Shown: positions 56,012-64,000 of the stretch, piece after piece | Layout: each line of letters opens with the position of its first letter | How positions within the stretch are numbered: the stretch's first letter is position 1 | Source of the DNA: Burkholderiales bacterium | Lineage (GTDB): Bacteria > Pseudomonadota > Gammaproteobacteria > Burkholderiales > Burkholderiaceae_C | Direction: 5' to 3' | NCBI GenBank assembly: GCA_019510465.1 | Contig: JAEKKH010000145.1 | Location: 3,963 to 67,962 of the forward strand | Length of the DNA stretch: 64,000 nt | Program-made: the position numbers and the translations under genes | Notes under the pieces: generated by a model | The model's input: only the letters and a program-made list of their open reading frames with translations | Databases searched by the model: none | What the model was told of the DNA's origin: nothing

Positions 56012-58501
56012 TCAGCCGACCGTGGCGGTGCAGCGCGCGATCGCCTCGGCCAGTTGCGCGACGTCGATCGGCTTGGCCACGTAGTCGTCCATGCCGGCGG
56101 CCAGGCAGGCCTGGCGGTCCTCGTCGAACGCGTTGGCGGTCATCGCGATGATGGGCAGCGACGCGAACGCCCCGCCCAGGGCGCGGATCGCCTGCGTGGC
56201 CTCCATGCCGTCCATCTCGGGCATCTGCAGGTCCATCAGCACCAGGTCGTAGTCGCCGTGGTGCACGGCCTCGACCGCAAGCCGGCCGTTGGCCACCAGG
56301 TGCACGCGGTGGCCCATGCGCGTGAGCAAGGCGTTGATGAGGATCTGGTTGACGTCGTTGTCCTCGGCCACCAGCAGGCGCAGCGCCGGGCGCGCCGGCT
56401 CGGCCTGGCCGGACGGCGGCGCGTCGGGCGCCGCCTCGGCGCGCTCGACGCGGCGGCTCGGGATCGTGACCGTGAAGCGGCTGCCCAGGCCCGGTGTGCT
56501 GGTGGTGGCGATGCTGCCGCCCATCATCTGCACGATCTCGCGCGTGATCGCCAGGCCCAGGCCGCTGCCGCCATAGCGCCGCATCGTGGTGGAGTCGGCC
56601 TGCGTGAAGCGGTCGAACAGCGTGGGCATCGCACTGTCCGGAATGCCGATGCCCGTATCGCTGACGTCCATGCGCAGCGTGACGTCGCGTCCCGCGCCCG
56701 GCTCCACGGCCACGGCCACCTGCACCACGCCCTGGTCGGTGAACTTGACGGCGTTGCCCACCAGGTTGAACAGGATCTGCTGGATGCGGATCACGTCGCC
56801 CTCGATCAGCGCGTCATCGTGCGGCGTCACTTCCAGCCGCAGCGCGAGGCCCTTGGACACGGCGCGCTCGCGCATCAGCGCCACCACGCCCTCGGCCGCC
56901 GGCCGGACGCTGAACGGCGCCGACGTGAGCTGCATCTGGCCGGCCTCGATGCGCGAGACGTCGAGGATGTCGTTGATCAGCGCCAGCAGCAACCGGCCGG
57001 AGCTGCCGATCAGCTCGGCGTGGCGGCGCTGCTGCGAGTCGAGCGGCGAGTGCAGCATCAGCTCGTTGAGGCCCAGCACGGCGTTCAGCGGCGTGCGGAT
57101 CTCGTGGCTCATGGTGGCCAGGAACTGCGACTTGGCCTGGTTGGCGGCTTCCGCGTTCTCCTTGGCCTGCGCCAGCCGGCGCTCGGCCGCGGTGACGTCG
57201 TGGTAGATGCTGACCATGCCGCCGTCGGGCGTGCGGCGGTCGGTGATGCGCACCATCATGCCGTTGGCCAGCTCGCGCGAGCGCTCGCTCTCGCCCCGCC
57301 TGCGCGCGCGCAGGCGCTCGTCCAGCCACTCGTTGCCGCCCTCCTCGGTCGCGTCGAACTCCTTGGCAGAGCGCGTGGCCTGCGTCAGCTCGGCGTGCGT
57401 CATGCCGCCGCGGATCACGCCGCGCAGCCACGGGAACATCTCGAGGAAGCGTTCGTTCCAGCGCACGACGCGGTCGTCCTGGTCGCACAGCAGGAAGCCG
57501 TCGGGCAGCACGACGAGCGCCTGGTCGAGCGCCTGCGCGGAGCGCGCCGCGGCGCCGCGCGCGTCGACGAGCCGGTTGAACTGCCACTGCGACATCGCGC
57601 CGCCCAGCAGCGTCAGCGCCAGCAACGCCACCGAGGCGGCCAGGATGATGTTGCGGTTGCTGCGCCAGGCCTGCAGCGCGTCGTCCAGCGGCAGGCTCAC
57701 CGTCACGCGCAGCGAGCGGTACAGCGTCGGCCGGGCCGCGACGATCGCCGGTTCGCCGGTCAGCCGCGACGGCGCGACGACGGGGCGGCCCTGCAGCGCG
57801 GCGTCGGGCAGGGATTGCGCCGCCTCGCGCGCGCGCAGGCCCGCGCCCGAGGGCACCGTCGCCAGCACCCGGCCGTCCCCGCGTTCGAGCGTGACGGCGA
57901 TCGCCGGGCTGCCGCCCGCCTGCGCGATGATCGCGGCCAGCGCGGTCAACGGCACCTCGACGAGCGCCAGCGCGCGGCCGCCGCCGGGCAGCGCGACGAC
58001 GCGGCCCATGTAGACGGACGGCTCGGTGGTGTCGGGGCTGATCGCCGGGTCGCTGATGGTCAGCTGCGGCACGCGCTGCGCGAGCAGGTTGGCGGCGAAG
58101 CCGGCGGGCAGCCGCATGCCGTTGCGGTCGCTGGATGGCAGGCTGGCGGCGAGCGTGTGGCCCTGGTCGTCGATCAGCGCGGCGTCGGTGAACAGCAGCT
58201 GGCGATCCTTGAACGCGGCCATCGCGCGGTGCGCCGCCTCGGCGTCGAGCTCGCCCGGCGCGCGCCAGGCGGGCGCGATGACGCCGGCCAGGCTGGTGAG
58301 CTGCAGGTCCAGCGACAGCAGCGCGCGATTGAGCTCGGACTCCGACGCGGCCGCCGTCTGCATGACGGCCTGCTCGGCCCGCGCGATCGCGTCGCGCCGC
58401 TCCTCCGCCACCAGCCAGGCTGCGGTCACCACCAGCGCCAGCAGCAGCGCGCAGGTCGCGCCCCAGACGATCGCGCTCGAGCGTCGCAGCGAAGGCGTCA
58501 T
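56012..58501 (-). CDS. Hybrid sensor histidine kinase (periplasmic sensor, PAS, HisKA, HATPase, REC)
   Basis: Two TM; FLATMSHEIRTPLN, NLVGNAVKFT, DTGIG, GGSGLGL; AEDND...LMDLQMP...AKP. Confidence 0.92.
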   Translation of the reverse strand: MTPSLRRSSAIVWGATCALLLALVVTAAWLVAEERRDAIARAEQAVMQTAAASESELNRALLSLDLQLTSLAGVIAPAWRAPGELDAEAAHRAMAAFKDRQLLFTDAALIDDQGHTLAASLPSSDRNGMRLPAGFAANLLAQRVPQLTISDPAISPDTTEPSVYMGRVVALPGGGRALALVEVPLTALAAIIAQAGGSPAIAVTLERGDGRVLATVPSGAGLRAREAAQSLPDAALQGRPVVAPSRLTGEPAIVAARPTLYRSLRVTVSLPLDDALQAWRSNRNIILAASVALLALTLLGGAMSQWQFNRLVDARGAAARSAQALDQALVVLPDGFLLCDQDDRVVRWNERFLEMFPWLRGVIRGGMTHAELTQATRSAKEFDATEEGGNEWLDERLRARRRGESERSRELANGMMVRITDRRTPDGGMVSIYHDVTAAERRLAQAKENAEAANQAKSQFLATMSHEIRTPLNAVLGLNELMLHSPLDSQQRRHAELIGSSGRLLLALINDILDVSRIEAGQMQLTSAPFSVRPAAEGVVALMRERAVSKGLALRLEVTPHDDALIEGDVIRIQQILFNLVGNAVKFTDQGVVQVAVAVEPGAGRDVTLRMDVSDTGIGIPDSAMPTLFDRFTQADSTTMRRYGGSGLGLAITREIVQMMGGSIATTSTPGLGSRFTVTIPSRRVERAEAAPDAPPSGQAEPARPALRLLVAEDNDVNQILINALLTRMGHRVHLVANGRLAVEAVHHGDYDLVLMDLQMPEMDGMEATQAIRALGGAFASLPIIAMTANAFDEDRQACLAAGMDDYVAKPIDVAQLAEAIARCTATVG

Positions 58502-59565
58502 CGAGCCTCGATCCCCGCGACGTGCGCGATCGTGCGGTTCCAGACCGCCGCGCATTGCGGTCCGCAGCGCTGCAGCCAGCGCGGCAGCACCGTGGAGGCG
58601 AAGATCTCGCGGCGCAGGCGTTCGTCGGCGGGCGAGGACGGCACCTCGGCCATGTGGCCCGGCCGGCCTGCCTTGCACGTCGGGGCGCCGATGTCGCAGG
58701 CCAGGCCGTCGACGGTCTCGCGCTCGGACTCGTCCCAGATGGCGTGCTCGACGCGCGGCAGTTCGCGCCGGATCAGCGCCTGCAGGTCGGCAGGCAGCCC
58801 GTTCCAGGCCGCGCCGTTGGCCACGAACAGCGACAGGCCCCAGCTGATGGCCATCGGGTGGATATGCGACGTCGCCTTGTCGAGGCCGATCGTGTTGCCC
58901 GACATCGTGCCGGTGATCGCGCAGTCGAGCTCGTCGCGCGCCAGGAACGGCAGGATGTCGCCGAAGCCGGTGGTGACGGGCTTGCCGCCGAGGGCCTCCA
59001 CCCAGTCCGATTGCGCCGGACCGGAGGTGCGCACGCGCAGGCCGGCCAGCCCCTTGATGCCGGAGAACGGCTTCTTGCAGTACACGACCTGGGCCGGGTA
59101 GACGTACAGGGCCAGCACCTCGATGCCGTAGCGCTCGCGCATCATGGTCTCGAGGTAGGGCCGGAAGGCGGCGACCGAGCGCCGCATCGAGGCCATGTCC
59201 GGGTTCAGGCCGGCCAGGTCGGGGGCGGTCAGCTCCGGGTCCTTGGTGATGCCGCCGGACACCGGCAGCGTGGCGAACGGCACCGCGCCCAGCTGCACTA
59301 GCGTCAAGACCTCCTGGCTGCGGATGCCGGCGCGATCGAACGGCACGATCTCGGCGGTGTAGCGGCCCTCGCTCAGCCGCGCGAGGTCGGTCTCCCAGAA
59401 CGGTCGCTCGTGGCGCGTGAACTGGTTCAGGCTGCCCAGCCCGCCGACGATGCGCAGGTGCAGCGGCGCCGGCGCGTCCGCGGCGGACACCAACCCGGCA
59501 GCAGCCGCCGCGCCCAGCGCCGCCAGCCATGCCCGCACGCGAATTCCGAAGCGCAGACCGTTCAT
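58498..59565 (-). CDS. TRAP transporter substrate-binding protein (DctP-like)
   Basis: Signal peptide; GLRVRT, EALGGKPV, LDCAITG; ATGA overlap with the kinase. Confidence 0.8.
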   Translation of the reverse strand: MNGLRFGIRVRAWLAALGAAAAAGLVSAADAPAPLHLRIVGGLGSLNQFTRHERPFWETDLARLSEGRYTAEIVPFDRAGIRSQEVLTLVQLGAVPFATLPVSGGITKDPELTAPDLAGLNPDMASMRRSVAAFRPYLETMMRERYGIEVLALYVYPAQVVYCKKPFSGIKGLAGLRVRTSGPAQSDWVEALGGKPVTTGFGDILPFLARDELDCAITGTMSGNTIGLDKATSHIHPMAISWGLSLFVANGAAWNGLPADLQALIRRELPRVEHAIWDESERETVDGLACDIGAPTCKAGRPGHMAEVPSSPADERLRREIFASTVLPRWLQRCGPQCAAVWNRTIAHVAGIEAR

Positions 59566-59864
59566 GTCGAACCCCGATCCTGTTGACGATCGTCCCGCAG
59601 GGCCAGCCTCGCGCCCGCGCCGCGCAGCGTCGCGCAACGGGCTCTAGCGTACTCCGGCGCGCGCCGCCGATCGCGTGCGAAATGCAACAAGCGCGGCGTC
59701 CCCGTGGCCGATGCCACGCGTTGCGAGACCGGCGGATGCCGGCGCGCCAGGGCCGCGTTAAAGCCGGCCGCCGGCCACGCCGATAAGCAAGGCAACGGCA
59801 CGCTCGCGATCACGTGAATACGCATCTCGCGCGCCTGCTTCTCCAACGCTTGCGGAAGGCTCCG

Positions 59865-60317
59865 ATGAGTCAGGCCAATCCACGTCAGTACATCGGCGCC
59901 CTGCGCGCCGCCGTGTCCGCCGCCAAGGCGGTCAACAAGGCCCGCGCCGCCGCCTATCACCTGCTTCCTGACGGCATCAGCTGCAAGATGGACTGGGCCG
60001 GCTGGAGCGACCCCTGGTACGACGCGACGCCACGCCAGCAGGCGCTGCTGGACGTGCTGCAGGACCTCCTGGACGGCGGCGAGACCGAGGTGCCGCTGAT
60101 CGCGCTGAAGACCGCGCTGCGGCTGGAGATCCGGGAATCCGAGATCCTGCGCAGCCGCGACAACGTCGGCACCGACGGCGAATCGGGCTACTTCTTCGAC
60201 GACGTGCTGCACGGGCTGTACATGCTGGACGCCCAGGAGACGGAGCAGGTCTTCCATGGCCTGATCGACCGGCTAATGCAGCCGCAAGGCGTCCGGGCAG
60301 GCCCGGGCGGCCAGTGA
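59865..60317 (+). CDS. Hypothetical protein
   Basis: Typical GC3-rich codon use; GGAAGG RBS; no family recognised. Confidence 0.6.
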   Translation: MSQANPRQYIGALRAAVSAAKAVNKARAAAYHLLPDGISCKMDWAGWSDPWYDATPRQQALLDVLQDLLDGGETEVPLIALKTALRLEIRESEILRSRDNVGTDGESGYFFDDVLHGLYMLDAQETEQVFHGLIDRLMQPQGVRAGPGGQ

Positions 60318-60402
60318 CGGCGGCTTGCACGGGGGGGTGCCCCCCTCGAAATCGGACATAAGTCACGCCCGGCGGGCCCCGGGGTGGCCATAATCCGCGA
60401 CT

Positions 60403-61269
60403 ATGCCGTCGCACGTCTTCCGCCTGGTCCTGGGCGCTGTCCTCGCGGCCGGCGCCCTCGCGGCGTCGGCGGCGCCGCGCATGCCGCTGGTGACGGTGCT
60501 CGATGGCGACGCCACGCTGCTGCGCGATGGCGGCCGCTTCGCGCTCACGGAGGGCGTGCGCCTGCAGGCCGGCGACCTGCTGGCCACCGGGCACCAGACG
60601 CGCCTGCTGCGGCTGGAATTTCCCGGCGGTCCCGCCATCGCACTGGGCCCCGACAGCCGCGCCATGGTCACGCCCAATCTCGGCGAGAGCAACCACGCCG
60701 GCGTGTACCTGCTCACCGGCTGGGCCAAGGTCGCCGCGCCCGCGGGCAGCCCCGGCGCGCTGCGCAGCGCGGTCGCGGACACCGACACCCCCGCCGGCAG
60801 CCTCATCCTCGACGTGCAGGACGGCAGCGCCGAAGCCTTCGCCGAGACCGGCCCGTCGCGCGTGCAGCCGCGCGCGCCCGATGCCCCGGCGCAGCCGCTG
60901 AAGGCCGGCGAGCGGGTGATGGTGCCCGCCGGCGGCAAGGCCGTCCTCGGACGGGGCGCGTCGCCCGACTTCGTGCAGGCGATGCCGCGCGCCTTCATGG
61001 ACTCCCTGCCCTCGCGGCTCGCGGCCTTCAGCGCCGACGTGGCCCCGCGCCGGCTGGGCGAGATGTCCTACGCCGACGCCCAGCCCTGGATCGACGCCGA
61101 GGCGCCGCTGCGCCGCGTGTTCGCCGAACGCTGGCGCCGCCTGGCCGCCGCCCCGCAATTCCGCCGCGGCCTGGTCGAGGGCCTGAAGTCGCATCCGGAA
61201 TGGACGTCCATCCTCTATCCGCCGCCGCCACCGCCCCCGCGCGAGCACGCCGCCTCCTCCCATCCCTGA
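60403..61269 (+). CDS. Exported FecR-like domain protein
   Basis: Signal peptide; VTVLDGDATLLR...GVRLQAGDLLATG...LEFPGG..IALGPDS beta-rich FecR-like pattern. Confidence 0.6.
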   Translation: MPSHVFRLVLGAVLAAGALAASAAPRMPLVTVLDGDATLLRDGGRFALTEGVRLQAGDLLATGHQTRLLRLEFPGGPAIALGPDSRAMVTPNLGESNHAGVYLLTGWAKVAAPAGSPGALRSAVADTDTPAGSLILDVQDGSAEAFAETGPSRVQPRAPDAPAQPLKAGERVMVPAGGKAVLGRGASPDFVQAMPRAFMDSLPSRLAAFSADVAPRRLGEMSYADAQPWIDAEAPLRRVFAERWRRLAAAPQFRRGLVEGLKSHPEWTSILYPPPPPPPREHAASSHP

Positions 61270-61285
61270 TCTCGCCCGCCAAGCC

Positions 61286-62158
61286 ATGAAGCTCCTCGTC
61301 AAGTTCAACCTGGTGTTCCTGCTCGTGTTCCTGGTGGGACTCACCGCCTCCACGCTGATCGCGCGCAGCCTGCTGCGCCAGGCCGCCAAGGAGCAGGTCG
61401 TCGACACCGCCCGCCTGCTGATGACCGGCGCCAACGGCGTCAGCACCTACACGGCCAGCCAGATCAAGCCGCTGCTCGAGACGCAGATGAAGTACACCTT
61501 CCTGCCGCAGTCGATCCCGGCGTACTCGGCGGCCGAGGTGATCACGCACCTGCAGAAGACCTACCCCGACTACGCGTTCAAGTCGGCGATGCTGAATCCG
61601 ACCAACCCGCGCGACCGCGCCGTGGCCTGGGAAGAGGACATCGTGCGCACGTTCAAGCAGCACGCCGACCTGAAGGAATTCATCGGCGAGCGCGAGACGC
61701 CCACCGGCACCGCGCTGTACATCGCACGCCCGATCGCGCTGACGAATCCGGGCTGCCTGGCCTGCCACAGCACGCCCGAGGCCGCGCCCAAGACGCTGAC
61801 CGACAAGTACGGCCCGGCCAACGGCTTCGGCTGGACGCTCAACGAGCCGCTGGGCGCGCAGGTGGTCTCCGTGCCGCTGACGCTGCCGCTGCAGCAGGCC
61901 GACCGCCAGCTCATGGTGGTCGTCGGCGTGCTCGCCGGCGTGTTCCTGCTGATCGGAGTCGCGCTGAACCTGATGCTGTACCGCCTGGTCATCCGGCCGG
62001 TGCGCACGCTGGCCGGCATCGCCGACCGCGTCTCGCTGGGCGAGTTCGAGGCGCCCGAGTTCGCGGTCCGGTCCAAGGACGAGATCGGCGTGCTGTCCGA
62101 TTCGTTCAACCGCATGCGCACGAGCCTGGCGCACGCGATGAAGATGCTCGAAGGCTGA
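61286..62158 (+). CDS. DUF3365 (Tll0287-like) c-type heme sensor with HAMP and no output domain
   Basis: TM1; IPAYSA, NPTNPRDRA, RPI, CLACH (61754-61768), GFGW; TM2; HAMP (IRPV...DEIGVLSDSFNRM); stop about 13 aa later. Confidence 0.85.
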   Translation: MKLLVKFNLVFLLVFLVGLTASTLIARSLLRQAAKEQVVDTARLLMTGANGVSTYTASQIKPLLETQMKYTFLPQSIPAYSAAEVITHLQKTYPDYAFKSAMLNPTNPRDRAVAWEEDIVRTFKQHADLKEFIGERETPTGTALYIARPIALTNPGCLACHSTPEAAPKTLTDKYGPANGFGWTLNEPLGAQVVSVPLTLPLQQADRQLMVVVGVLAGVFLLIGVALNLMLYRLVIRPVRTLAGIADRVSLGEFEAPEFAVRSKDEIGVLSDSFNRMRTSLAHAMKMLEG

Positions 62159-62182
62159 TCCCTCCGGTTCCTGGCCCGCCCC

Positions 62183-63736
62183 ATGTCCACGCCGCCCCCG
62201 ATCCCCGAACGCATCGGCAAGTACACGATCTCGGCCGTGCTGGGCCGCGGCTCGATGGGCACCGTCTACAAGGGCTTCGATCCGCACATCCACCGGCCGG
62301 TGGCCATCAAGACGATCCACCGCGAGCTCCTGGGCGACGCAGAGGCGGCCGACTCGATCGCCGCGCGCTTCCGCAACGAGGCCAAGGCCGTCGGCCGGAT
62401 CCAGCATCCGGGCGTGGTGGCCATCTACGACTTCGGCGAGGACGGCGACGTCACGTTCATCGCGATGGAGTTCGTCGACGGCCGCACGCTCGACGACATC
62501 CTCGCGGTGCCGCAGATGCTGTCCGAGGCCAACGTGCTGGCGGTGATGGACCAGCTGCTGGAGGCGCTGTCCGTCGCCCACGCGCAAGGCGTCTGGCATC
62601 GCGACATCAAGCCGGCCAACCTCATCGTCACCAGGCAGGGCCAGGTCAAGCTGACCGACTTCGGCATCGCGCGGCTGGAGGACGCCAACCTGACGCAGGT
62701 GTCGTCGATGATCGGCACGCCGGCCTACATGGCGCCCGAGCAGTTCGTCGGCAAGGGCATCGACCACCGCGCCGACCTGTTCGCCTGCGGCGTGTTGCTC
62801 TATCGGATGCTCACCGGCCGCCGCGCCTTCACGGGCGCCACGCAGGAGGTGATGTACAAGATCCTCAACGAGGACCCGCCGGCGCCCAGCGTGGTGACCA
62901 AGGGCATGCGGCCGGCGCCGTACGACGCGGTGGTCGCGCGCGCCATCGCCAAGAACCCGGCCGACCGCTATCCCGACGCGGCCGCGATGCGCGCCGCGTT
63001 GCAGGGCTTGTCGCGCGCGCCGGCCACGCCCGGCGCCAAGGCCACCGTCATCCTGCCGATCCATCGCGACGGCGAGCACCCGGGCACCACCAGCGCCGTC
63101 TCGCCGAGCGTCGCCTCGCCCAACACCGTGCCGCCGCGGCGCGACCCGTTGTCCTCGCACGCCAGCGCGAGCAACGCCAGCCACCCGGGCGGCGCCAATA
63201 CGAGCCATTCGGGCCACGGCGGCACCGGCCACAGCGGCACGGGCTTCAACATCGGCAGCTGGGATCCGGCCGAACTGCAGCGCCTGGAGCGCGCGCTGGC
63301 CACGCACGTGGGCCCGATGGCGCGCGTGATGGTGCGCGACGCCGCGCGCACGCACCACGACGCCACCAGCCTGGCCACCGCGGTGTCGCGCCACATCCCC
63401 GACGAATCCAGGCGCCACCAGTTCATCGAGCAGGCGCGCGGCGGCAGCCATGCCGCGCCGGCCGGCGCGCCGACTTCGACCCATTCCAGCGGCGTGACGC
63501 CGATCCCGCACCACCCCGCCGCGGCCGCGCCGGCCGGCGTCGCGCTGACCGAGGACTTCAAGAACCACGTCGCCCAGATCATCACCCGCAAGATGGGCCC
63601 GATCGCCCGCGTGATGGTCAAGCGCGCCGCCGACGCGTCCGGCGGCAGCCAGGAGCGTTTCGTGCACCTGCTGCTCGAGGCGCTGCCCGAGGCCGACCGC
63701 TGGGCGGTGCAGGGCGAGATCAACAAGCTGGGTTGA
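62183..63736 (+). CDS. Hanks-type Ser/Thr protein kinase, soluble, with two C-terminal helical repeats
   Basis: [37 protein letters not shown]; no TM. Confidence 0.95.
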   Translation: MSTPPPIPERIGKYTISAVLGRGSMGTVYKGFDPHIHRPVAIKTIHRELLGDAEAADSIAARFRNEAKAVGRIQHPGVVAIYDFGEDGDVTFIAMEFVDGRTLDDILAVPQMLSEANVLAVMDQLLEALSVAHAQGVWHRDIKPANLIVTRQGQVKLTDFGIARLEDANLTQVSSMIGTPAYMAPEQFVGKGIDHRADLFACGVLLYRMLTGRRAFTGATQEVMYKILNEDPPAPSVVTKGMRPAPYDAVVARAIAKNPADRYPDAAAMRAALQGLSRAPATPGAKATVILPIHRDGEHPGTTSAVSPSVASPNTVPPRRDPLSSHASASNASHPGGANTSHSGHGGTGHSGTGFNIGSWDPAELQRLERALATHVGPMARVMVRDAARTHHDATSLATAVSRHIPDESRRHQFIEQARGGSHAAPAGAPTSTHSSGVTPIPHHPAAAAPAGVALTEDFKNHVAQIITRKMGPIARVMVKRAADASGGSQERFVHLLLEALPEADRWAVQGEINKLG

Positions 63737-63890
63737 TCCGCGTCGCGGCTGTAACCCGCCTGATAGCCCGGGCGGGCCCCTCGGGCAGGCGGATGGGTGG
63801 AAAATGCCGGCCGGGAACCCCGGCGCCACGCCCACCAGGCACGCTCACGGCCGTCGCGGTTCCGCCCCTCGAAACCCTGGAACCGCCCCG

Positions 63891-64000
63891 ATGACCACCC
63901 AACAGCCGACCATCATCTACACCCTGACGGACGAGGCGCCCCTGCTGGCGACCCACGCCTTCCTGCCCGTCGTGCGCGCCTTCACGGCGCCGGCGGGCAT
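63891..64000 (+). CDS. icd: Monomeric NADP-dependent isocitrate dehydrogenase (5' end only)
   Basis: My translation [36 protein letters not shown] matches the characteristic monomeric IDH N-terminus. Confidence 0.88.
   Translation, partial: MTTQQPTIIYTLTDEAPLLATHAFLPVVRAFTAPAG

Noticed and set aside
54248-59101. Very long ORFs (1617 aa here; also 20009..24433, 49726..52392, 61028..63835)
   Set aside because: Antisense or off-frame shadows of clear genes with Arg/Ala/Gly-rich composition, expected at this GC content.

Overview
High-GC chromosomal window that looks betaproteobacterial (Burkholderiales-like; inferred from gene content and style). It holds about 55 real CDSs, and most long ORFs in the supplied track are GC-driven shadow frames. 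Recognisable blocks are: an MCP plus an NDT-like protein behind a c-di-GMP-I riboswitch; RcnA/RcnR-type Ni/Co efflux; an NAD salvage operon (pncA-pncB-nadE-nadM/Nudix) with a displaced nrtR sharing the same palindromic operator; a Cache-like/CheW protein; S8 and M3B peptidases; a cNMP-TrxB-like flavoprotein; YdeP; DUF1800/DUF1501; rdgC, mobB and hyi; a MacAB-like exporter; an araD/MATE/galM sugar module; a PEP-CTERM gene; AraC-DUF4331-TPR; a sigma54-driven purine-type ABC importer; a TRAP SBP coupled to a hybrid kinase; a FecR-like / heme-c-HAMP / Ser-Thr kinase triplet; and the start of icd. I saw no rRNA, tRNA, CRISPR array or intact mobile element. The best candidates for undescribed biology are (1) the riboswitch-NDT-like-MCP unit, which sits right after a reverse-transcriptase relic, and (2) the output-less heme-c/HAMP sensor paired with a soluble Ser/Thr kinase. 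All family calls are motif recognition by eye; no database search was run.
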